From NCBI GenBank assembly GCA_900128565.1, contig LT635941.1, positions 1-36,546 on the forward strand: 36,546 nt of DNA, given 5' to 3'. Position 1 is the stretch's first letter, and each line of letters begins with the position of its first letter. Below are positions 12,201-24,200 of the stretch, in pieces. Under the pieces are notes generated by a model. The model did no database searches, was not told where the DNA came from, and worked only from the letters and a program-made list of their open reading frames with translations. This DNA comes from Stramenopiles sp. TOSAG23-6. Its lineage: Eukaryota. The translations under genes and the position numbers were made by a program.

Positions 12201-15200
12201 ATGTACATCGTGTCTGGACTATTTTCACCAGAGTATCCAAAGTCTCCACCAATCCAACCACCTCCACCACCACCAGCATTTTTGCCGCCGTTACCACCAC
12301 CACCAAATCCACCCCATGCAAATGTGACACTACCACCGGCAGCACCTTCATCTATTGATTTGCCACCTCCTGCCGGAAGATTTGATTGATCTAATATATT
12401 TACATTATACACCGTAGTACCTGTCGACACTATCGAACATGTACCCCCCAAGCATGATGAATATTTTTGGTGCCAAATACAAGACGCCGCATAGCACATT
12501 TGAACATTTGTAGCTTTGCTACAATTTCCTGAATTCTCCAACGGATTATTAGTACACACAATATTGGGATCAAAATCAATTTTCATTCCCCATGTACAAT
12601 CCGAGGAGCCACACACTTTATCTCGAAGACATTCAGATGCCTTATACTCATAGACTTCTGAATCCATATTTGTCATACTATAGCACGCAGAATTGGAACT
12701 GATGGAAACCACTTCTCCTAAAAATCCTCCATGCTCGCTGTATACCCGATCCCCTTGTTTCCAAGACACGTATGGGGGTTCTGAAGCTGGTGCAGGTGCA
12801 GGAGTTTTTACAATAACTGATGGCATTCCAGTGTTTGTGTATGATATTGTATTAAATCCTTTTGGGAATTCATCAATAGCCTTGGCCCCATAACCAACTT
12901 CAGAAAACCCTGAACCACCAGCGCCTCCATTCGGTACAATTTCTTTTCTGCCATCAGCCATATTTAATTGAAGATCTGCACCAAAGCCACCCAATAACTT
13001 ATATAGTGGTTTATATTGACAGTTTCCACCCTTTGTAACTTTCACAATCGAGATAGGACCAGTTGCTTTCCATATACCCGTGCCAGTTTCTCGATTGACT
13101 GTCGTACACGAAGAATCTGGTGTTCGGGNATTCCATACCATGCCACGACAACCACCGCAAGTGACGGGACATGCTTGCATAGTAGTCTGAGCTGGATCTG
13201 ACCAAATGACGTCATCGGTGTTGCAATTTTCTACCGATTGTGCACAATACATTTGATCGTTGCTTTTATCTTCGCGATCTTTGCAAAGTGATGACTCGTG
13301 GTGATGGTGTGGACCTATGATCCACTCACAAGTTTCAACTTCCTCACACGTAGCCTTAGTCTCATATTTACCTTTGCACACGGAAACAGCCTCTTTCCAT
13401 ATACAACCTTTTGAAGTCAAATCATTACACGAAATTCTATCTTTTCCCGTACAGTAAAAGCACTTATTATCATTCACTGTATTNTCACAATCGCAAAATG
13501 CAGGCTCTTCGGGAGGGGATCCAACACCGTTGTGGTAACAACCTTGGTCAATGATACATTCTCCAAAGTCAACCCATATCCCCATTTCATAAGTAGTTGA
13601 GTTTACCCCTTCGCATGATGCTCGCGAATATTTTTCATGAAGTGATTTTGTATTGGCAGGTACCCAACTACAATTAAGGTTATCCTCATTGTGACATGTC
13701 TCTTCATCAGTTACACCACTACAATTTTCGAAACTATCATAACCACTGTCCATATTTCCAATGCACCCTTCTGCAGATATACAAACACCCGAATACCACG
13801 TACGANTTTTACCAGTTCCAGAATTGTTCTCACATGCGTCCATAAGGATTTCAGTTTCGGCTTTAATCCATTTACAATCGGTAGTATTTTCACATGTAAA
13901 TACGTTGTTAATATCAGCACAATTTCCAGTTCCGTAGCAACCTTCAGTTGTAACACATATAGGATTAGGACTCGAAGCATTACACTCAATTAAAATTTGA
14001 GCTTCAGGCATTTCTTCACAGCAGTTTTCTTCGCCTTCTACGCATTCGAATACAATATTTCCTGCAACATAACCATCACCCGCATTTATTATTTCAACAT
14101 TCTCCAAGACTTGATTTCTCATACGAGTTTTTCCTCCTCCTCCAACAGAGGTATTATACCCAGAGTAATGTGATGCAACACCTTCTGAATTGACACCACC
14201 ATTACCTCCTTCAGGTCCATTATTTGGATTTGCATAGTTGACCAAGTATAACACGGCATGTTCTTTCAAAGGAAGAATATCCCAAGAACACGAATCAGCA
14301 TTTTTACACTCTTGTTCGCTGTCTTCATATGTGCTACATTCTGCTGCGTCACCAACACAAGACATTTTATTATCCATTTCAATCTTTGCATAAAACAGAC
14401 AATTATCATGGTAATTGCAGTCATCTTTATCTAGCTTCTCGCAGTCACTTTCCGACGCAGTATTAATACCATGACAACGTGCAATCTGTTTGGCTGTCAC
14501 TCTACGAGAATCGCCTTCTTCTGTATACAGATTGTTGCCAATCTGAATGGCTCTCCAGAGGGTATCGTATTTTGTTTCATTCCATTCTCCTCCGACATCC
14601 CACCCTGATACCATAATATATGGAGGTGTACTTTTTTGTATTTTCCATCCTTCAGCTTGACCGTGACCATAACCACTACCACCAGCACCACCAGCAATAA
14701 GCAAAATATTCTTTTCTGATACTTTCTTTGGATTTTTGTCACTGCCGAGAAACACAAAAGTTCCACCAGAACCTCCACCGGAATATGTTGCGCGAGTGTC
14801 ACCCATGTTGGAAGAAGTTCCAATTGTACCCATCTGTCCTACTAAAATAAAAATCTTGGTACCTCTGGTGAGCTTAAAGTGACCTTCAACGTGTCCACCA
14901 TTTCCTTTAACTCTTGGCACATTGCGCGGACATGTGTAAGTTTTGTCAACCCCATTCATATTTGTTCTACATTCAGTCCAAACATCCCCTGCACCATATG
15001 CTTCAATTATATATTCAGCAGTAGCTGGAACAGTCCATACTTGGTAACCTGGAATTGGAACATCATAAAAGTATTTCTTGCGAATCCAATGTCCTGGGGG
15101 CAGATTTTCTTTTAAAATATATCCATCCGCTTGGGCAAGACAATCGTCTTCTGAGGGACCTTCGAATCCTGTTTTACCGCAATTATGAAATATATGTCCA

Positions 15201-17260
15201 GAAAACTCGTATAGATCAGCTGGTTCACCATTGCCGGAACGATAGGATCCTTTTGCACAAGTTCTGCATGTCGTCTTTGCCAATGTAACTTCGTTTGTCT
15301 CTGAATTCAATGTTGTATCATAACCAAACCCCCCTGAAGAAAATCCATATTTATCGGCACAAGAGCAACTGTATCCTCCAACATGGTTGATACACTCACT
15401 ATATTCTATATCGCTGTTTGCGTCCGACTTCAACTTACCAAGGCATGGATCCGGATCAGCTTCACAATATTTCTTCAGAACACAAGTTTCATTCTGAAGT
15501 TCGTAACCAGTAACGCAATTACAAGTGTAATCTTCCGCGCCTGTTTGTTCACACACGCCACCAACGCCACAATCTTTATTAAGACATAAATTTTGTGTGA
15601 TACATGGGTTCGGAAGAGTAGAAATTATATTTGGCCCTCCTATAATACCTACCACACCACAAACACAAGTATTGGTCGTATTTGAACACGTTCCTCCTCC
15701 TATACCACACATGCACTCATCAGGAGTCTTGCAAGAATCACTACCCCACCAATTACCAATTTTAAGTTCGTATTTTTTTTCACAAAAGGATTTGTTTAAT
15801 ACACATGGTCCCCCAATTAGACCTCCTTGAAAACCTGTTGGACAGGTGCAAAAATAATCTCCAGTAGAGGGAGTGCAACCATCACTTGTTTTTGAGCAAC
15901 AATTCGCATCCTTGTTCAAGTTTAGACCAATGTTGATAATTTTTGCTGTGCACATTTGTCTAGCAGTATCTCCACAAGGTATACTTGCACAAACATCATC
16001 TTCTATGCACTCATTTTGACCTTCATCGTTAACTTTACCAGAGTATCCTTCAGCACACTCACCACAATTGATTCCTTTGTATCCCTGAACACAAGTACAT
16101 TTGTATGTTGACTTCACATCACTACATTTACCGTGACCACTACAATTTTGTTCCGTTGGAAATTTGCAATTATCAATATTTTCACATGCTGAGTAGCAAT
16201 CCTTTACACATACATCGTCTTGCGATAAATCAGAGCAACCCGCTCCACATGCTTTGCCTTGGTCCTTACCGACATGACAACTAAGAAGATTAACACCACA
16301 AAATTGTCTTGCACCGGATAAACGAGGGAAAATCGCCGCACCATCCCCATGAGTACAAGGAAATTCCGTTGTGTACTCATCACTATCAATAGGACAATTT
16401 GTGGCTTCATAATCAAGACACATACTTGGATTTTCATCAACATTTTCTTCAACCTCAGTATTCCCAAAAATCCGAAAATCTGTGAGATAACGTAAATCTG
16501 CGACTACAGGTGGAATTCGACCATCAATGTGATTACCTTCTAATGAAAGTGTGATTATGTGTGTCAGCAGCGATATAGTATCAGGAACCCGGCCAACGAA
16601 TGAATTGCAACCCAAGTAAACGTGTTTTAGTTGTGCAATCTGCCCAAGCTCAGGTGGTATCTTACCACCAATACCTCCTCTTGGTCGATCTTCATCAGCA
16701 TCCGATCTCTTACAATTACTAATATTTATCGAAGTCAATCTCGTTAGATTTTTCACATTCGCATCAATAGCCCCTTTTAAATTGACGCCGTTTCTTCCTA
16801 AATTGAGATTTGTCAAAAATTCAATGTTATAGAAAGTACTTGGTATAGAACCATTGAGATTATTGCCCCACTTGTTTATTTGGGATGCGGCGTTACAATC
16901 ATCTTGTCCAACACAGTTACTGTAAGTTCCACTTAAATTAATTTTTGTTATGCGTAACTCATCGAGGTCAACTTTTAGACCTGATTCCCCACAACCAGCT
17001 ACATTTCTACAAAGCATACAAGTTATGCCATATGCGGGTATACACTCGTCCAAAGTTTCAGTGTCTAGTGAATCTATGTTTGTACAGCATATATTATTGT
17101 CGTCAATATTCCAACCAAATTTATTTTCCCAAGAATCTCCTCCTGTAGAATTATAAAGTTCATCTACACTTTCTCTATCATAGATATTGGTGTTATGACC
17201 AGCATTTACGACAAGCAAAATGCGCAAAAGAACAATGGAAAGTATCTTCATATAATACAT
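9214..17260 (-). CDS. Gene B exon 1: N-terminal ~2,680 aa of the paralogous giant protein (signal peptide, LRR, EGF, split ALK/LTK-like Gly-rich domain, GCC2/GCC3 repeats)
   Basis: 2705-aa ORF starting MYYMKILSIVLLRILLVVNAG. It is collinear with gene A up to ASFIPEKC (gene A: ASVIPDKC), after which the ORF runs into a T-rich intron-like sequence. Confidence 0.9.
9765..12025 (-). repeat. GCC2/GCC3 (ephrin-receptor-like/TNFR-like) CxxCxxGxY repeats, gene B
   Basis: Dozens of C..C..G[KTR][YF] units, many followed by HD...DC. Confidence 0.85.
12050..15200 (-). other. ALK/LTK-like glycine-rich domain, interrupted by long Cys-rich inserts (gene B)
   Basis: FHNCGKTGFEGPS..C, GYQVWTVPATAEYIIEAYGAG, GHFKLTRGTKIFILVGQMG, GGGSGGTFVF, LLIAGGAGG, then ~770 aa later GGFGGGGNGGKNAGGGGGGWIGG...GGKGGTSFI...HDGHGKVLI. 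The motif order matches the ALK/LTK ectodomain. Confidence 0.8.
13140..13290 (-). other. ShKT-like six-cysteine module (gene B)
   Basis: CKDREDK...YCAQSVENC...TTMQACPVTCGGC has the CxD start and MxxCPxTCGxC end typical of ShK domains. Confidence 0.6.
15350..16170 (-). other. EGF-like repeats (gene B)
   Basis: CSGHGKC...YKCTCVQGYKGINC, YFCTCPTGFQG, CGVGGVC...YTCNCVTGY, CINHVGGYSCSC. Confidence 0.8.
16460..17190 (-). other. LRR N-cap plus plant/RLK-type leucine-rich repeats (gene B)
   Basis: DRESVDELYNSTGGDSWENKFGW cap. Repeats include NNLNGSIPSTFYNIEFLTNLNLGRN, GKIPPELGQIAQLKHVYLGCNSFVGRVPDTISLLTHIITLSLEGNHIDGRIPP. Confidence 0.85.
17198..17260 (-). other. Signal peptide of gene B
   Basis: MYYMKILSIVLLRILLVVNA|G: basic residue, hydrophobic core and a V-x-A cleavage-like site. 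Confidence 0.7.
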
Positions 17261-17652
17261 TTCTCTACTATTATGGTTATATTACCGGTAGTTTAACTAA
17301 ATTTTGTGAAAAAACGGTTTCTACAAAGGCGGTGTGTCTCGTTCCAAAATATCAAGATGTGGACAATCTTTAGGTATAAAATTTCGTACCATTTTTGAGT
17401 TTGTAACGGTCAGTTTTTTTGGTTTCAAAAATTTTGATAAAAAATCTCCGATACGTACTATCATCCGAAGATCTGTCTCATCTATCTACAGATCTGATTA
17501 CGATTACAATTGCGACGGTGGATAGCTAATATTAGATAGTTGCCGCTACTGCAGTAGCAGTAGAATGTAAATGTATTGAATTAGCGTCAGCATGGATTAT
17601 TATATGTCAGACAATAATAAGTGTAATACAATGAGAGATGTAAATTATTTGT

Positions 17653-17822
17653 ATTGTGGGAACTGAAAAATGCTTCTATATCACGAATAATCTTCTATAT
17701 CATGATTGTAGGAACTTAAAAATACTTCTATATCATGAATATTCCTTGTGTCTGCCTACTTTATTTGAGAGATGTGCTTTTAGAATACAAATAATCGTTG
17801 ACTACTTACTTTATTTGAGAGA
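17653..17822. repeat. Short degenerate intergenic direct repeats (~50-52 bp period)
   Basis: ATTGT.GGAACT.AAAAAT.CTTCTATATCA.GAATA at 17653 and 17705, CTTCTATATCA three times, TACTTTATTTGAGAGA at ~17757 and ~17807. Confidence 0.8.
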
Positions 17823-17840
17823 GACGTAGAGAGAGACAAA

Positions 17841-18004
17841 GAGAGAGAGAGCGAAGAAGAACAAGAAAACGGATAGATACAAGGAACGAATATATATTAT
17901 ATAGGCAAACGCAAAATAAGATTGAGAGAGAGAGAGCGAAGAAGAACAAGAAAACGGATAGATACAAGGAACGAATACATATTATATAGGCAAACGCAAA
18001 ATAA
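17841..18004. repeat. Intergenic direct repeat: 2 x ~79 bp, period 85 bp, each copy starting with (GA)n
   Basis: GAGAGAGAGAGCGAAGAAGAACAAGAAAACGGATAGATACAAGGAACGAATA[T/C]ATATTATATAGGCAAACGCAAAATAA at 17841-17919 and 17926-18004, one mismatch. Confidence 0.95.
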
Positions 18005-18109
18005 CTGGCGATAACTATGTGTATTCATAGAGTCAAACTCTAGAAGAGTTGCGTAGAACATAACTCTCCATTCGTCTGTAAAAGTCATTTACAACATTCT
18101 TTTCTTAAA

Positions 18110-18204
18110 TAAGTATTTTATACTATTACGCTATTTTATTATTTTACGCTCAAATTATAAGAAATTATTTTATACTATTTTATTATTTTACCCTGAAATT
18201 ATAA
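18110..18204 (-). terminator. AT-rich 3' UTR of gene A with AATAAA-type signals in a 44-bp-period duplication
   Basis: CTATTTTATTATTTTAC.CT.AAATTATAA at 18131-18160 and 18175-18204; each copy contains AATAAA on the minus strand. Confidence 0.4.
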
Positions 18205-21200
18205 TATTTGTTCATCAGGGCCATTTTCATTCCCATCAGAAGATGATGAGCTGCCAGACGAAGACGAACCTGAATCTGAAGAATCTGATTTCATACTTTT
18301 TCGCTTTTCTTCAATCAATTTGCGTTCTTCTTCATGACGTTTTAACCTTTTCAAATTCTCTTCATGTTCGTGCAATTTTTGCTGCAAGTTTGTTAAAGAC
18401 GGTCTGTTATTCCACTTTGCTGCTAATTTATTCAAAAACGCCCTTTGTTTCGGACCATACGTCATACGTATTGGTGGAAATTTGTTGATAATAGTTATGG
18501 CGCCTTGAAACATACACCATGAAAGTAAACCAATAAGAGCGTACCCAACATTATCATTTTCGTGAGCTCGAACAAATGCATTGCCTTCGAGTAACAAGAA
18601 CGCATAAAATGACATACACACAGTGAAAAGTAGCACAAGTTGTAGTGCGAAATCTCCGGTGAAGCGATAAGGTTTTACAACTGCAGTGATGCCTAGGAAG
18701 AAACAAGACACGACCACAGCAACTGCAGCTCTTGGAATACCTTTGGGTAGCGCAGCAAGCATACCTGTCATCATTGCCTTCCGCATCATTTCTATGAACT
18801 CATACCACCAAATACCATGCCTATAACTTAAGAAAAGTGAGCCATATTGTTGAGTGAGACGATAATGTTGCTCACGAAGCTCGGGTTGCGACATCATAGC
18901 ATCGTACATTTCATCCCCCATTTCATCCTCAGGAATCAGCCACATTCGCCGACGTCGCAAAAGAAAGAAACCAAACAATGGGATACCAATGACGTATGTC
19001 CCAACACCAGCACATGCTGTCCAATATAGACGGTTGTAACCCTCATCATCACATCTAACTGCCAAATCAGCCATCAAATATGATCGACCATTCACTTCCA
19101 TACAATTAAATACACGAAAACATTTAACAGAAAGACCAGGATACAAACAAAATATTACAAGAAGCAAAATTCGTGTACCATTCATCTTAATACTTTGATA
19201 AGTAAATTTAGCCCGCTTTCCACAACATTTGCGGATTAGATTTGCAGTTTGCAATGCAAAGAACAAAACAATCGTGAAAACAGGAACAAATGAAAAATGA
19301 CCGTAGAATTTCGTAGCATAATCTGTACTGAATGTACAAGGTTCAAGCCAAGTTGCAAACGTTGCCATATCAAAGTTAACGAGATCCAAAGTATCACAAA
19401 AGCTGATAAATTTTCTTGGCATTTTCTCTCCAGTTGTTCGTTTCAGCTGTGACATGACTTGCATGAAACTTGCACAAATTTTTATTGTTGCAATCCATTC
19501 TTGAAACATTTGTGCTTTGCGATCCTTCTTGTCATCGTGAGAATGTAAACGCTTGCGTTTCTTGAGATCTTTATGAGCTGCTCTTCCACCAGGTCTCGTA
19601 GCAGCTCTATGTAGTTTTCTCATCAGTTTATCCTGTCCTTTCCTTGTTATTACTTGAGATTTTAGTGTTTGCACTTTTTCTAATGCTTTAGTAGCGCGGC
19701 GTTTAACTGTCATAATTTTTTCCACATCTTGTACAGAATACTCTGTAGTTTCTGTCATTGCATGTTGCATTCGAGACAGCAGTAGAGCTCTCCTTGACGC
19801 ATTTTTCATTTTGCGTTTCATTCGTTTCATTTTTTGTGCAAATTCATCATGATAATACCCTTGATCAGGTTTTGACATTACAAATATCACTGTAAAAACA
19901 TAAGCCAGAAATCCAACAATTCCAAGAAGTAGATACATGGCATCTTTATTACCTTTGCTATCTAAATGTTCTTTTCCTTCGCATTTTTCACAGTGAACCC
20001 CATCAGCTTGTAACACATATCCTTTTTTACATATAGCACACATAATCCCTTCATGACCTTTCCTGCAATTTTGCCAATTTGTTTCGTACATTTCACCAGT
20101 TTCTGTATTGTTACGCAACGCCCCAGCTTCGCATACTTGTGGTGCGAAACAACGTCGGAGGGTACATTCAACAAATGTTCTTGAAGAAGATTCCGGGTCT
20201 GGGGCTACAGTGGGGTAGCATGCGCATTTATTACAAGGATCATCATTGCAGCTAGATGTGATATCTTTTGCACAAAAGTAATCTGGGTGTAACTTTAGAA
20301 GTTCTGGGTCTTGCCAATAACCAAACTCAGGTAAGTCACTTCGAGGGCCTAGCGGATATTTACCTTCTGATAAAAATGCTTCCTTTTCTGTATCGTCCAT
20401 TTCGTCCATAGGACAATCGTATAACCATGTTGTACCCTCAATTTTAGATTCAGATCCCAAAGCATGATACTTACATTTTCGCTTGCAAATCCCATTTTCA
20501 TCCTCACAAGGGGTAATGTGAATACGTCGAATTGCTTCTCTGGTTTGTAATGCTACACCAGGTCGATCACATTTTGCCCCTCTAGGGCAGGGTAAACATT
20601 TCTGTGACCATGTATCTGTTCCCATTAATATCTCGACAGGCAATGATTCCATCGTGAGAATATCCATCGCATTGCAATTATGTTCTTCTGCAAACGAGCG
20701 GCTTCCATGGGTAACACCTACTGGTCTCTTCCCTCCGCAATCGTCTCCAAATTCAAAGTACTTTGAGTTGAAATATTTCAATGTATATTTGAGCTGAAAC
20801 TCTTCCGTAGAAGGACATGCATCTGGATTTTCAAGAGATTTACCCTGGCATTCTCCATCAGGAGCCCAATATATATTGTTTCCTCCTAGATGCGCATAAT
20901 AGTTTGCTGGACATTCGCATCGGTCACGGACCCCACCGATAACATCACCTGTAACCAACTTGATATCACCCCATCTAGGACATGCTAACGGAGTTATTTG
21001 TCCAGAATCGCAAAACTCTTGCTCTTGACATGCAGTTTTCATTGCTGGGTTCATACAGTAATATCCTTTGGGACACATACTTGATGTATACCACCCACCA
21101 CGGATGATCTTTTTGGTTACGACTGCAGGATTGACTTTCGGTCCACAAAATACTCCAATTCCTTCACAAAGAGTCTCTTCCACTGAAGTTTCACAAAAGT

Positions 21201-24200
21201 ATCCCGCAGGGCACAAATGAGCAGAGTGACTGCCTTGAGTACATCGGTATGAGGTACCGTGATGAACTCCTCCCTTATCAACTATAGGATCAACTGTATC
21301 ATATTTTTCGTCAGACCAAGCCGCAAATTCTGTAGATTCGCATTCTTCCTTGGTTTCTATTGCCTCATAAAATGTACCAAGAGGTACACGATTTTCTGCT
21401 GCAGGATCCCAGACTTTCATAAAGCATTCATCTTTCGTTCTTGGATTTGATCTCGACTTTGACTGCCATGTACCAACAAGTGTACACTCATCTTTTGAAC
21501 GTCGTGGGAGATGTGATATTTCCGTCAACGGATCTATGCATTTCTCAGTCCCGTCTAATGTAACCCAAATACCTTTTGCTACACAGTTATCCTTATTGTC
21601 GCGAGAAGTCACTACTAAATTCTCGGAAATAGCATCTTCAAAATGCACTTCGGATTTAAATACGTATCTCGTGTTTCCATCAATACGGAACGGAAGATCT
21701 GATGCCGCCGTGGCTGGTAACCCGTCTACGTCGACGCCATATCTTCGACCAAATGGTTTGTAATTCATAACTGTTAAACCTGCAGGGAAAAAACAATATC
21801 CTAATGATGTGAGAACTTTATCCTTATCATTTTCGTTTATGCATGTATCAATGTCGACATTCACTGCTCGCTCATTCTTTGTGCCAAGCATACAGCCATG
21901 AAATGGATAGTCACAGGAATATTTACTCATGCCATTTTCACAATAATACCCCTCGGGGCACTTTTGGGGGTCTATTGAGCCCTCTTCACAGTACCACGAT
22001 TCTTCTTTTCCCTTTGAATGATCCGGATTATTTTCATCGTATGCACAAATCCGAGGGAAATTATCTGCATCATTTGCATCAAACACGCAACTCTGTGGGA
22101 AAAATCCTTCACAGCAGTAATAACCCGCCGTACAGATTTGATTCCTCACAGACGCTGAACATTCTCTCCCTGCAGGGCACGGTAGAGGGGTAACAGAACC
22201 TTCTAAGCATAACCAAGAATGTTTCTCTGATTTTAAATTATTATCTTGAGATTCATTGTCCCAAATACAAGAAAACTTAGTCGATGAAGTAGGACAATAA
22301 TACCCGGCTGGACAAAAAGATTTATTGGTAGTTCCTTCCGGGCAATACCATCCAGTATCATCACACTTTTCACGAGTGGCTGAATTTGGACATTCGTACC
22401 CTAGCGGACAATAGATAGGGACACTCGAGCCATAATCACAATAAAACGTATTGCATTTTGAATTTGCCTTACATTTGTCAAGCGTCATCCATTCGTTGGT
22501 ACTTCTGGCTTCAATACATTCAGCCTCTGTTTTATATTCTAGTTTATTATACGCATTACCTGAACCTAATGGGTTTACACACCTTTCATCACAAGAAAAA
22601 GCATAAATCTCTTCCTCACAGTAATATCCTTTTGGGCACAAGTTACTGCGGATACTCCCTTTTAAACAGAGTTGGGCTTTGTTTGACGATGTCTTGCAGC
22701 TTTTGGGTAACTCTCCTTGAGGGCAATAGAAGCCAGCTTCACAAGGGATTCTACCAGTCTCCCACGTTCCAAATTTACCATCATCCTGGCCATCAGACGT
22801 TTCACACAATTCTTTTGTATCACGAGGAAGTTCCTCCGAACGAGGATTTACCCATGTACAATCATTTATACACTTATCTTTAGTATTTATATCTCTACAT
22901 GCATCAGGACCATAACAACCTTCTACACAAATGCATACAGGTGAGTGGGGATTTTGCCCATCCCATGCTGCACAGTTCCATCCTTCTTCACACTGAAGCT
23001 CAGCATAGGTTCCCGTAGGGCAAAATTCACTTGATATGAAACCTGTGTCTGATTCAGCTCTTACCTTGGCCGTGCCTACTGTGCCTGAACCAGATACCCA
23101 ATTACACCTTTCTTTTGGTCTGTAGGACTTGGAACATCGATACATCGCATCACATTTTCTCTGGAGTCGAGTGCCTTCAGGACAGTAAAATCCATCGTCA
23201 CACTCAACAGCTTCCTCTGCATCCTCGCAGTAGTGACCTTTTGGACAGAAGGATTGCACTGCTGAGCCAATAGTACACAGTTTTGCCGATCCATCTTCCA
23301 CATAGTTATTAATGATTTCTTTCAGTGCTGTATTTGCTTCAACTTCAGTGTCGTATCTTTTTATGAACTGCGATTGTCCATCTTTGTCTTTGTATAAATC
23401 CCATATTTGGCTTCCTTCAGAATGATCTATGTGATTTCCGTCACAAAAACGTGTTTCCAGATTTGTTCCAAAATAATTGCAAAACGAACCAGCAGGACAA
23501 GGTTTCTCTTCCGTAGAACCTTCTGGGCACTCCTTGCCTATACCACACAATTTTGGGTGCTGCCCAAGAGCACAATAATAACTTTTGGGGCAATCTGTAA
23601 TATTCCATGCATCATTACAAACAACTCCAGCAGGGCATGCACTTCGTAACATTGTACCAGTTGGACAATACCATGAAAATGTTTTATCCTGTAACACCGA
23701 GTCCTGGGTTTTGTCGTCCCACATACAACTCATTTGAGAAGTTCTCGTAGAATTGCAATAGTAACCTTCTAAACATATTGATATCTCTTTTGATCCAACT
23801 GGACAATAGAAAGACTCATTTTCTGATTTAATACCTAGGCAATCAGTGGGCGTTGCTGACGTGGGACAAACAAAGCCAATTGGGCAAATCCTTAATTCTT
23901 TACTCAATGCTTCGCATATATAACCTTTATCTATATCCATTCCGTTGTCATACCATGTTCCAACTACTCCATTGGACGATGCTTTGCATTCGACTTCTGT
24001 TGACCGTTTGTTGTGCCAAATATGACCTTCACAATTACCCTCTTTAATCACCCCTGGCACACGTTCTCCCGTTGTTTGATTTAAGCAGATGCCTTCTTTA
24101 AATACATCATATCCTTCAACTGTGCAACTAATGTCACATGCATACTTGTGTATGCCATCAGGACAGTAGTATCCTTCAGGACAGTCCAGTGGCTTGTAAT

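Noticed and set aside
12050-15200. Calling the gene ALK or LTK
   Set aside because: Only the Gly-rich domain is shared. There is no MAM, LDLa or tyrosine kinase domain, and the paralog ends in a multi-pass domain.
17653-18004. CRISPR array or transposon in the spacer
   Set aside because: Only two-copy direct repeats, with no repeat-spacer series, cas genes, transposase or terminal inverted repeats.
17334-18088. 63-aa ORFs at 17334-17525 and 17897-18088
   Set aside because: Short, no recognisable motif, and one overlaps the GA-rich repeat.
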